A DNA stretch of 64,000 bases from Thermoleophilia bacterium (GTDB lineage: Bacteria; Actinomycetota; Thermoleophilia; RBG-16-64-13), in the NCBI GenBank assembly GCA_050943595.1, contig JBMNPM010000001.1, forward strand, positions 877 through 64,876. Direction: 5' to 3'. Position numbers and translations under genes: made by a program. The notes below the pieces were generated by a model, which ran no database searches, was not told the DNA's origin, and worked only from the letters and a program-made list of their open reading frames with translations. Positions 8,538 to 15,990 of the stretch are shown here, piece by piece; positions within the stretch are counted from its first letter, which is position 1, and each line of letters begins with the position of its first letter.

Positions 8538-10751
8538 ATGGCTAAGAGAGAAGTTAAATACACCACGTGTAAGGCCTGTCATGGCGGCTGCGGTGTAAAG
8601 GTCCACCTCGAAGACGGCAAGATCATCAAGGTCGAGGGTAATTACGACACCCTCACTAAGGGCACCATGTGCGCCAAGGGGTTGGCGGCCTTCCAGCATA
8701 TCGACAACCCGTATCGCATCAAGTACCCCATGAAGCAGGTCGGCAAGAAAGGCGAAGGCAAGTGGAAGCGCATCTCCTGGGAGGAAGCGCTTGACACCAT
8801 CGAAGCCAAGATGAAGGCTGCAATCCGGGATTACGGTGGGCACTCCATCGCCGTGAGCCAGGGTACCGGTCGCGGGTATAACCGGTACACCATGCGTATG
8901 GCGCGTTCTCTCGGTAGCGGTAACGCCATTACGCCGGGCTATGTGTGTCACAGCCCGCGCCTGGGCCTGTACGGTCTCGTGGTCGGCTACGGCCGTCTGT
9001 ACTGTGACTACCACGGCTGGGGCGGCGTCTTTCCCAAGACGTCGATCATGTGGGCCAAGCAGCTTGAGATCAGTAGTGCCGACTCCGAGATGTGCTACTG
9101 GTACATGCGTTCGCTCGACTACATCAAGAACCTCATCATTATCGATCCCCGTGCCAGCGCCTACGCCACCCGGGCCAACCTGTGGATCCAGCCCCGGCCG
9201 GGTACGGACTGTGCTCTGGCTATGGGCATGATGAACGTCATCATCGAGGAAGGGCTCTGGGATAAGGAGTTCGTGGAGAATTGGACCTTTGGGTTCGATG
9301 GACTACGCGAGCGTGTCAAGGAGTTCACCCCCACCAAGGTCTCCGAGATCTGCTGGATTCCGAAGGAAGACGTCATAACGGCGGCGCGTATGTTCGCCAT
9401 CGATACCCCAGGCACCATCCAGGTTGGTAGCTCCCTTGAGCGCCAGGCCAACTGCGGCCATACGCTCCGGGCCATCACATGTCTCATGGGTCTCACCGGC
9501 AATATCGAAGCTCCCGGCAGCATGTGCAGCTGGGTGCTGCCCGACACGGGCCTCATTGAGGAGTTCAACCTCGAGTTGCCCATCACCGATGAGATGAAGA
9601 AGCATATCTACGGTGGCGATCGCTTCAAGATGGGTGCCAGCCGTACGTGCAACCCTGATACCATCGTGCGGGCTATCAACTCCGGTGAGGAGCCTCTCCA
9701 GGTGTGGCTGAGCGTGGGCGGTCAGCAGATCGTGCATATGGCCAACACCAAAGAAGTTGTGGCGGCTCTCGAAAAGATCCCGTTCATGGTCCATGTGGAC
9801 CAGTTCATGCAGCCCATGTCCGAAGTGGCGGACATCGTGCTGCCGGCAGCCCACTACCTGGAGCTGGACGACATCTACGATATGCATCCGCGCTTCTTCA
9901 TCGCGGCGCACAACAAGGTGGTCGATCCTCCGGGCGAAGCCAGGTCGGATGCCTGGATCTTCAACGAGATCGGTAAGCGGGTTGTTCCCGATAAGTGGTT
10001 CGAGAACGTTGAGGACATGCTTGACTACCAGCTCAAGTACGGCAAGGGTAAGGACGGCGGCCCGCTGAAGTGGAAAGAGTTCAGTGACCGTTTGTTCAGC
10101 GGCTGTTGGGGTCCCGATCAGGTTTACTACAAGTATAAGACCGACTTCTGGGTCGAGGGCGGCGGTTTTCCGACTCCCAGCGGTAAGTTCGAATTCCACT
10201 CGAACTACCTTGAGGAGTTGGGCTACGATCCTCTGCCCGTGTTCCGGGAACCCGGTGAGAGCCCGTACTCGACGCCCGATCTGTACAAGCAGTATCCGGT
10301 CGTTATGACCAGTGGCTACAGGGCGCCGTTCTATTTCCTGGGCCAGTACAGAAATATCCCCTGGCTGCGGAGCTTCATGGAGTTCCCGACGTGCCAGATG
10401 CACCCTGAGACGTGCGCTCTGTACGGCGTCGAAGACGGTGACATCGTGTGGATCGAGTCGCCACGTGGTCGTGTCCGTCAGAAGCTGCGTGCCTTCCCGG
10501 GCATCAAGAAGGGCGTCATCATGTTGACGGCCAACGCCTTCTACCCCGAGGAACCGTCGAAGGGTTATCACGGTATCTTTATCTCCAACCCGAACGTTCT
10601 TACAAACAATAACCATCAGGATCCGATGTACGGCTCGCCGGATCTCACCTGCCTGCTGTGCAAGGTTTATAAGGCCAAGGACGAGGAGCTCGTAGAGAAC
10701 GTGTTCCACACTGAGGAATACGGCTTCGTCCCACCGCCGAACGAGGAGTAA
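8538..10751 (+). CDS. Molybdopterin (bis-MGD) oxidoreductase catalytic subunit, DMSO-reductase superfamily, no signal peptide
   Basis: 737 aa. N-terminal FeS motif C11-x2-C14-x3-C18-x26-C45 (CKACHGGCGV...MCAKG). Candidate Mo/W ligand is Cys137 (PGYVCHSP). An in-frame TGA 15 nt upstream of the ATG rules out a Tat leader. Confidence 0.88.
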   Translation: MAKREVKYTTCKACHGGCGVKVHLEDGKIIKVEGNYDTLTKGTMCAKGLAAFQHIDNPYRIKYPMKQVGKKGEGKWKRISWEEALDTIEAKMKAAIRDYGGHSIAVSQGTGRGYNRYTMRMARSLGSGNAITPGYVCHSPRLGLYGLVVGYGRLYCDYHGWGGVFPKTSIMWAKQLEISSADSEMCYWYMRSLDYIKNLIIIDPRASAYATRANLWIQPRPGTDCALAMGMMNVIIEEGLWDKEFVENWTFGFDGLRERVKEFTPTKVSEICWIPKEDVITAARMFAIDTPGTIQVGSSLERQANCGHTLRAITCLMGLTGNIEAPGSMCSWVLPDTGLIEEFNLELPITDEMKKHIYGGDRFKMGASRTCNPDTIVRAINSGEEPLQVWLSVGGQQIVHMANTKEVVAALEKIPFMVHVDQFMQPMSEVADIVLPAAHYLELDDIYDMHPRFFIAAHNKVVDPPGEARSDAWIFNEIGKRVVPDKWFENVEDMLDYQLKYGKGKDGGPLKWKEFSDRLFSGCWGPDQVYYKYKTDFWVEGGGFPTPSGKFEFHSNYLEELGYDPLPVFREPGESPYSTPDLYKQYPVVMTSGYRAPFYFLGQYRNIPWLRSFMEFPTCQMHPETCALYGVEDGDIVWIESPRGRVRQKLRAFPGIKKGVIMLTANAFYPEEPSKGYHGIFISNPNVLTNNNHQDPMYGSPDLTCLLCKVYKAKDEELVENVFHTEEYGFVPPPNEE

Positions 10752-10794
10752 CATACGCGCGCTTACGCCGTCCTGCTCGGTCGGCGAAGATGCG

Positions 10795-10843
10795 GAAACG
10801 GCCCAGGCCCTGGAGGCGATGCTTCCAGGGCCTGGGCCGTTTC
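10795..10843 (+). terminator. Long perfect hairpin (20-bp stem, 9-nt loop) after the molybdopterin subunit gene
   Basis: GAAACGGCCCAGGCCCTGGA (10795-10814) pairs with TCCAGGGCCTGGGCCGTTTC (10824-10843). No long U-tract. Confidence 0.6.
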
Positions 10844-11007
10844 TAGGACCGATCACCCGCCCCAGCATAGTAGATGCATCCTAGTAGATGTCATCCGACT
10901 GCAGTATTGATGGCGATCTGGTCGACTTGAACGGCATCCTGGGGAGTGCTAGCGTCCCCGGTGTAGCTCCAAGGAGAGGAGGCGGGTGTGTCTGGAGAGT
11001 GCATACG

Positions 11008-11823
11008 ATGACGCATACGGAGGATGGCAGTGCGGCTTCAGCCTCCTTTGATCTGACCGGTCGCGTGGTTGTCGTCACGGGCGGAGGTGGAGGGTTGGGC
11101 CGGGCGTTTTGCAGGGCAGTAGCCCGGCACGGTGCGGCCGTCGCCTGCGTGGATCGGGACCTGCGCGGAATCGAGGAGACCCTGGATGTGGTTGCCGGAT
11201 ATGGAGGCGAGTCCCTTGCCGTTGTTGCAGACATGACGGATTCAGTGCAGGTGGACGGTAGTGTGGAGCAGGTGCTGGCGGCCTTCGGCAGGATAGACAC
11301 ACTCATCGCCAATGCAGGGATAACATCGGACGCGGTTCCCCTCCACGAGACGAGTCCTACCGATTGGGAGCACATGATCAGGACCAATCTGACGAGCCAA
11401 TTTTTGGCCATGAGGGCCGTCCTGCCCACGATGATGAAGCAGTTGTCGGGCACCATCATCAACATCGCCTCCGTAGGTGCACTGGGGGGTAATCGGATTG
11501 CCCCTGCTGCATACGGTGCCTCCAAGGCCGCTGTCATTGCGCTTTGCAAGTACGCAGCCGTCCAGTACGGCGCATACGGGATACGGGCGAATTGCATACT
11601 GCCCGGCATCCACATTACCGATTTCGGTATGCCCGAAGGCGAGAGCGCGAAAGTGGAAAGGGTAACCTTTCTCGAGGAGTTCGCAGCCAGAAGTCTCCCG
11701 TTGGGCCGCGTCGCGTATCCACATGAACTCGAGGGTCTGGTGGTGCTGCTGGCCTCTGACGCCTCCAGCTATATCACCGGAGCCACTTTCATCCAGGATG
11801 GTGGCGGTACGGCTCAGGTTTAA
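11008..11823 (+). CDS. Short-chain dehydrogenase/reductase (classical SDR)
   Basis: TGGGGGLGRAF cofactor loop, NAG, catalytic Ser and YxxxK (IASVG...YGASKAAV). Start is uncertain: the ORF opens at 10888 and ATG 11008 was chosen. Confidence 0.8.
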   Translation: MTHTEDGSAASASFDLTGRVVVVTGGGGGLGRAFCRAVARHGAAVACVDRDLRGIEETLDVVAGYGGESLAVVADMTDSVQVDGSVEQVLAAFGRIDTLIANAGITSDAVPLHETSPTDWEHMIRTNLTSQFLAMRAVLPTMMKQLSGTIINIASVGALGGNRIAPAAYGASKAAVIALCKYAAVQYGAYGIRANCILPGIHITDFGMPEGESAKVERVTFLEEFAARSLPLGRVAYPHELEGLVVLLASDASSYITGATFIQDGGGTAQV

Positions 11824-11987
11824 GTAGCCTTCCAGGAGATCGCGAAATGCTGCCGGCGCAAACGGGCGTTGTTGACCTGGTGGCGAGGTGGAGAAGGCTG
11901 GACAACTGGGATGGATGCTGCCCAGACTTTTGTTTGGGTCGAGCTTTCTTGAATTCCCACGAGGACTATACTAGGATAGTCAAAACA

Positions 11988-12024
11988 TGGTATCATATGT
12001 CTATCCACTGGTATATCCATACCA
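11988..12024. promoter_or_regulatory. Candidate operator: TGGTAT half-site plus palindrome TGGTAT-ATCC-ATACCA in an AT-rich patch
   Basis: TGGTAT at 11988-11993. Perfect 6-bp inverted arms at 12009-12014 and 12019-12024. Lies 45-80 bp upstream of the start at 12069. Confidence 0.45.
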
Positions 12025-12068
12025 ACCAATCGGCAGGGTAGCGCAGACCCACAAGAGCGAGGCTGCCT

Positions 12069-13028
12069 GTGACCTGTGAGGATGTGAAGAAGATAGCTGT
12101 CTGCGGGGCCGGTACCATGGGGCCCGGATTGGCCCAGGTCTTTGCCACCAGAGGCTACGACGTCGCCCTATGCGATCTCAGGGCTGCGGCTTTGGAGAAG
12201 GGCTTGTCTGTGGTGAGGGCTAATATGACCACTTTTGTCGCCCATGGGATGCTCAGCCAAAGCGATATGGACGCGGCTCTGCAGCGTATCTGTTCGACCC
12301 GGTCGGTCATTGAGGCTGCTGCAGATGCCGATCTCATCATCGAGAGCATCACTGAGGACATGGATACTAAGAAGGCCTTGTTCGACGAACTTGACGAGGT
12401 GTGTCGTGAAGACGTCCTCTTTACCAGCAACACGTCGTACCTGAACATCTATGAGCTGGTTCCCTCTCGACGGCTGCCACGGACCATCATCGCGCATTGG
12501 TTCGCACCCCCTCACATCGTTCCCCTTGTCGAATTGGTCAAGGGTCCGCAGACGAGTCCGGAGACGGTAGATCTGATGCTCGGACTGCTCAAGAAGGTTG
12601 AGCATGTGCCGGTGGTGATGGAGAAGTTCGTACCGGGTTTTTGCGTCAACCGCCTTCTGCGCATCATCGGCCGGGAGCTCTTCTTTTTACTCGATAACGG
12701 CTATATGACTGCGGATCAGATCGACATGGCCGTCAAAGCCAGCATTATCCCCCGGGCCATGGTTCTTGGGTTTGTGCAGCGTTATGACTTCACGGGACTT
12801 GATCTCAGTTACGGCAACCTCCAGAACGAGGATTTTCTCGAGCCCCCTATCGACAACCAGCCTCGAAGCCTGCGCGAACGGGTGCAGCGGGGAGAGCTGG
12901 GGGTCAAGAGCGGCAAAGGCTTCTTTGATTACTCCGACCGTTCTCTCGAAGAGGTGCTTAGGGCTCGGGACGAAGCTCTTATTGAAGTATTCACCGACAC
13001 CAAGGACCTCATATCAAGGCGTATCTAG
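12069..13028 (+). CDS. 3-hydroxyacyl-CoA dehydrogenase (Hbd/FadB-type, NAD-binding)
   Basis: 319 aa. N-terminal Rossmann fold KIAVCGAGTMGPGLAQVFA. The length and two-domain layout match 3-hydroxybutyryl-CoA dehydrogenases. Confidence 0.82.
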   Translation: MTCEDVKKIAVCGAGTMGPGLAQVFATRGYDVALCDLRAAALEKGLSVVRANMTTFVAHGMLSQSDMDAALQRICSTRSVIEAAADADLIIESITEDMDTKKALFDELDEVCREDVLFTSNTSYLNIYELVPSRRLPRTIIAHWFAPPHIVPLVELVKGPQTSPETVDLMLGLLKKVEHVPVVMEKFVPGFCVNRLLRIIGRELFFLLDNGYMTADQIDMAVKASIIPRAMVLGFVQRYDFTGLDLSYGNLQNEDFLEPPIDNQPRSLRERVQRGELGVKSGKGFFDYSDRSLEEVLRARDEALIEVFTDTKDLISRRI

Positions 13029-13159
13029 TTGCGATGCGGTTCAAGCGACCAGGCGTGATAGTGCCTGGTGAAGTGTGAAAGGAGGGGTATGAAGCTGCCC
13101 GCAGACGAGATCATCGCAACGGACGCTCTTGATAGGACTTTTATCATTGAGGAGACACA

Positions 13160-13936
13160 ATGGTAGGCGACCTTTTTTCTCTCGAAGGTAAGAACGCCGT
13201 TATCATGGGCGGGGCAGGGGGCATAGGCACCGCAGTGGCAAAGGGCTTTCTCGCCTATGGGGCCGACGTTGCGCTGTGTGACATTGCGGCCCACAGTCTC
13301 CAAAAGGCCGTCGTTTATCTGGAGGAGGAGACTGGAAAAAAGGCCAGGCAATATGTAGTCACCGCTACAGAGGAAGAGGACGTTGAGCAGTTGGTGAGGG
13401 ACGTCGTTCGTGACATGGGCTCGGTCGACATCCTGGTGAATGCCCAGGGCTATAATGTCAAGTGTGAGGCCACCCATTTTCCCATGGACGAGTGGGAAAA
13501 GTTGTTCGCTGTGAATGTTGGTAGCGTGATGGTCTGCTGTAAGCATTTCGGGGCCGAGATGGTAAAGCAGGGTTATGGAAAGATCATCAACTTCTCCTCC
13601 ATCCGTGGTCAACGGGGCGCTCTGGGTGGTAATGCAGGATACTGTGCCACCAAAGGTGCGGTGGATATGCTCACCCGGCAGTTGGCCTGCGAGCTGGGAC
13701 CTAAGAACGTCCTTGTGAATGCGGTGGGGCCTATCATAACCAAGACGTCTATGACGACCGAGCTGATCGAAGCAGAGGCTTCGCGTTACGCTCGTTTTCT
13801 CCAGAACGTTCCGTTGGGGCGGCTGGGTACTACGGAGGACATCATTGGGCCCTGCGTCTTCCTGGCATCGGCGGCGTCAGATTTTGTCACTGGCACCATC
13901 CTTTATCCTGACGGTGGTGCAATGGCGTTCATCTAG
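13160..13936 (+). CDS. Short-chain dehydrogenase/reductase (classical SDR)
   Basis: IMGGAGGIGTAVA loop, catalytic S...YCATKGAV (YxxxK), C-terminal PDGG. RBS GAGGAG lies 6 nt upstream. Confidence 0.85.
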   Translation: MVGDLFSLEGKNAVIMGGAGGIGTAVAKGFLAYGADVALCDIAAHSLQKAVVYLEEETGKKARQYVVTATEEEDVEQLVRDVVRDMGSVDILVNAQGYNVKCEATHFPMDEWEKLFAVNVGSVMVCCKHFGAEMVKQGYGKIINFSSIRGQRGALGGNAGYCATKGAVDMLTRQLACELGPKNVLVNAVGPIITKTSMTTELIEAEASRYARFLQNVPLGRLGTTEDIIGPCVFLASAASDFVTGTILYPDGGAMAFI

Positions 13937-14007
13937 CCGCGTCGGCGATTGCAGAACTGCCTACATATCCACGTGTCCACACTTGACCAGATGAGGTAGC
14001 TGGAACC

Positions 14008-14838
14008 ATGGCAAGACCGCGGAATAAGGAAGCAGAACCGGATAAGCAGGGCGATACGGGCGGTGGCGCCTTTCTGGTGCGGGCCTTGGCTAAAGGTCTG
14101 ACCGTGCTCGGACTATTCGATGCCGAGAACCGTGAGTGGACACTTGATGAGATAGCCGAGGGGACCGGTCTTCCGCGTATGACCGCCTATCGGATGATAC
14201 GAACTATGGAGGCCGCCAGTTATCTGGTAAGGAATCCGGTCACCAGCCGGTATCACCTCGGCCCCGCTCTCCTGGCTGCTACCTATCTGTCGGAATCTTA
14301 TTCTGACTTGGTCAAGATCGCACGACCCTATTTGGAGGAATTGACGGCCAAGACCGGAGAGTCTGCCACTTTGGCGGTTGAGGTTGACGGGGTGGCCGTA
14401 AGTGTTTATACGGTTGATACTTCTCGACCTCTCAAGCGTGAAGTGGCCGTAGGACGGATCATAGGCGACACTGCCAATGCCAGTGGCAAGATACTGTCGG
14501 CCTTCAAGACCAAGGAAGAGCGGGCTGAACTTCTGATGAAGCCTCATATCGAACTCACTCCTTTTACCATCACGGATCCGGAGGAGTTGGATAAGGAGTT
14601 GGATAAGGTGCAGAGGGAGGGTATCGCCTTTGACAACGAGGAGCGCAACATCGGCACCTGCGCGGTAGCAGCGCCGGTCAGAGACCAGGTGGGTAAGGTC
14701 ATTGCCGCGGTATCGCTTGTCGTACCCACCGGTCGTTTTCAGGCAGCTGAGCGACAACGCTTCGCCGAGGCCGTTCAGGAGGCCGCCGCCTCGCTGTCCG
14801 CGTTTCTTGGCTACTCCGGTCGAGCCAGGGTGGAGTAA
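14008..14838 (+). CDS. IclR-family transcriptional regulator
   Basis: N-terminal winged HTH (VRALAKGLTVLGLF...WTLDEIAEGTGLPRMTAYRMIRTME) and a C-terminal effector domain (NEERNIGTCAVAAPV). Confidence 0.88.
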   Translation: MARPRNKEAEPDKQGDTGGGAFLVRALAKGLTVLGLFDAENREWTLDEIAEGTGLPRMTAYRMIRTMEAASYLVRNPVTSRYHLGPALLAATYLSESYSDLVKIARPYLEELTAKTGESATLAVEVDGVAVSVYTVDTSRPLKREVAVGRIIGDTANASGKILSAFKTKEERAELLMKPHIELTPFTITDPEELDKELDKVQREGIAFDNEERNIGTCAVAAPVRDQVGKVIAAVSLVVPTGRFQAAERQRFAEAVQEAAASLSAFLGYSGRARVE

Positions 14839-14886
14839 TGTGTAGGGGCGACGAACTCTACGATTCTTGAGGACGCCGGTCTGGTG

Positions 14887-15783
14887 CTATGAGCGCTCCT
14901 CAGTAGAGGCTGGCCCCACTTCGGATCGTGGTTCCTGCTCCCGCAACCCGGGATCCCATCCCAAATAGGCCGACAGAGACTGAGCGGCCTCCTTCACCGC
15001 CCGGGTGCAGTGCTCGCACTCCACGACCCCGAAGCGTCCCGTGGGTACTACTACGGCTATGGCTGCCATGACTCGGCCCAATTGGTCGCGCACCGGGGCA
15101 GCGACTGCGCAGAGATTCATGTGTAGGCCCTCAAGGTCGTAGGCTACGCCCTCCTCTACTATCCGATCCAGTTCGGCTGCGATCGCCTCTCGGTCTATGA
15201 CGGTGTGGGGGGTGAGTTGGGGTCGATCGAGGGACAATATGCGTTCCCGCTCTTCTGGGGACTTGAAGGCGGCAAATATTTTACCCTGCACTGATGCCAG
15301 GTTCCCGATAATACGTCCGGGTGCGGTCTGCCGCTGGAAGGGCCGGGTGGTGTTTATCATATCTATACAGACAGGGATACCATCCACCTCTTTGGCCAGA
15401 GTCACGGACTCTCCTGTTTCCTCCAGCAGATTGGTGAGAAAGGGCCTCGCTTGGGCCACGAGGTCGGAGTTGTCTTCGGAGAGATAGGCCATGGCCAAGG
15501 TGGCGGGGCCGAGCCGGTAGCGATTGGCAGTGGGGTCGCGGACCAGGAACGCCATCGATTCGAGTGTGCGCACCATGCGATAGACGGTCATGCGCAGGAG
15601 GCCCGTCCGCTCGGCTATCTCGTCGATGGTCCAGGCGCGATGATCGACGTCGAAAAGACCCAAGATCGACAGGCCACGCACCAGTGCTCGTACTATGAGC
15701 GGGTCGCCTTCCGCTGGAGTGGTTTTCTTCTGTCTCCCCGTGGCCGCTGCGCCGGTGGTGGTCGCCCTCTTACTGTCCGACAT
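14887..15783 (-). CDS. IclR-family transcriptional regulator (paralog, convergent with the previous gene)
   Basis: Same architecture (VRALVRGLSILGLF...WTIDEIAERTGLLRMTVYRMVRTLE; LEGLHMNLCAVAAPV). ATG 15783 chosen because GGAGGA lies 8 nt upstream. The ORF opens at 15849 without an RBS. Confidence 0.85.
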   Translation of the reverse strand: MSDSKRATTTGAAATGRQKKTTPAEGDPLIVRALVRGLSILGLFDVDHRAWTIDEIAERTGLLRMTVYRMVRTLESMAFLVRDPTANRYRLGPATLAMAYLSEDNSDLVAQARPFLTNLLEETGESVTLAKEVDGIPVCIDMINTTRPFQRQTAPGRIIGNLASVQGKIFAAFKSPEERERILSLDRPQLTPHTVIDREAIAAELDRIVEEGVAYDLEGLHMNLCAVAAPVRDQLGRVMAAIAVVVPTGRFGVVECEHCTRAVKEAAQSLSAYLGWDPGLREQEPRSEVGPASTEERS

Positions 15784-15866
15784 GCCTATTCCTCCAGGCG
15801 TATACTCGGCATGGAATACGCGTGGCTGCTTGTCCGCGAGGTCCTTCATATTCTATGGCACCGCGC

Positions 15867-15913
15867 ATGCTATCAGACGATATCATTGTAGTGTAGAGAC
15901 TATTGTAGAGACT
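15867..15913. promoter_or_regulatory. Candidate operator/promoter block in the IclR / Mo-enzyme divergent spacer: imperfect inverted repeat plus tandem TGTAGAGACT repeats
   Basis: ATGCTATC (15867-15874) and GATATCAT (15879-15886) match 7/8 as inverted arms. TGTAGAGACT occurs at 15892-15901 and 15904-13. Confidence 0.45.
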
Positions 15914-15990
15914 GCTGAGCGGGCCGCACACGTGGTTCACCCCGGTGCTCGCCGGCGGTCACCCATCTTCATCTAGGGAGCCGATGCCCT

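Noticed and set aside
8538-10751. Possible selenocysteine (TGA recoding) in the four molybdoenzymes
   Set aside because: All four catalytic ORFs are continuous without in-frame TGA. The predicted ligands are Cys (737-aa enzyme) or Ser (transhydroxylase-like enzymes), and no SECIS-like need arises.
9303-10868. 521-aa minus-strand ORF opposite the molybdopterin subunit, plus analogous ORFs at 16999-18081, 58344-59396, 63058-63828, 19290-20204 and 20841-21647
   Set aside because: They are mirror ORFs of confidently assigned genes on the other strand. Their composition is dominated by Arg/Gly/His/Asp runs, and no motifs were seen.
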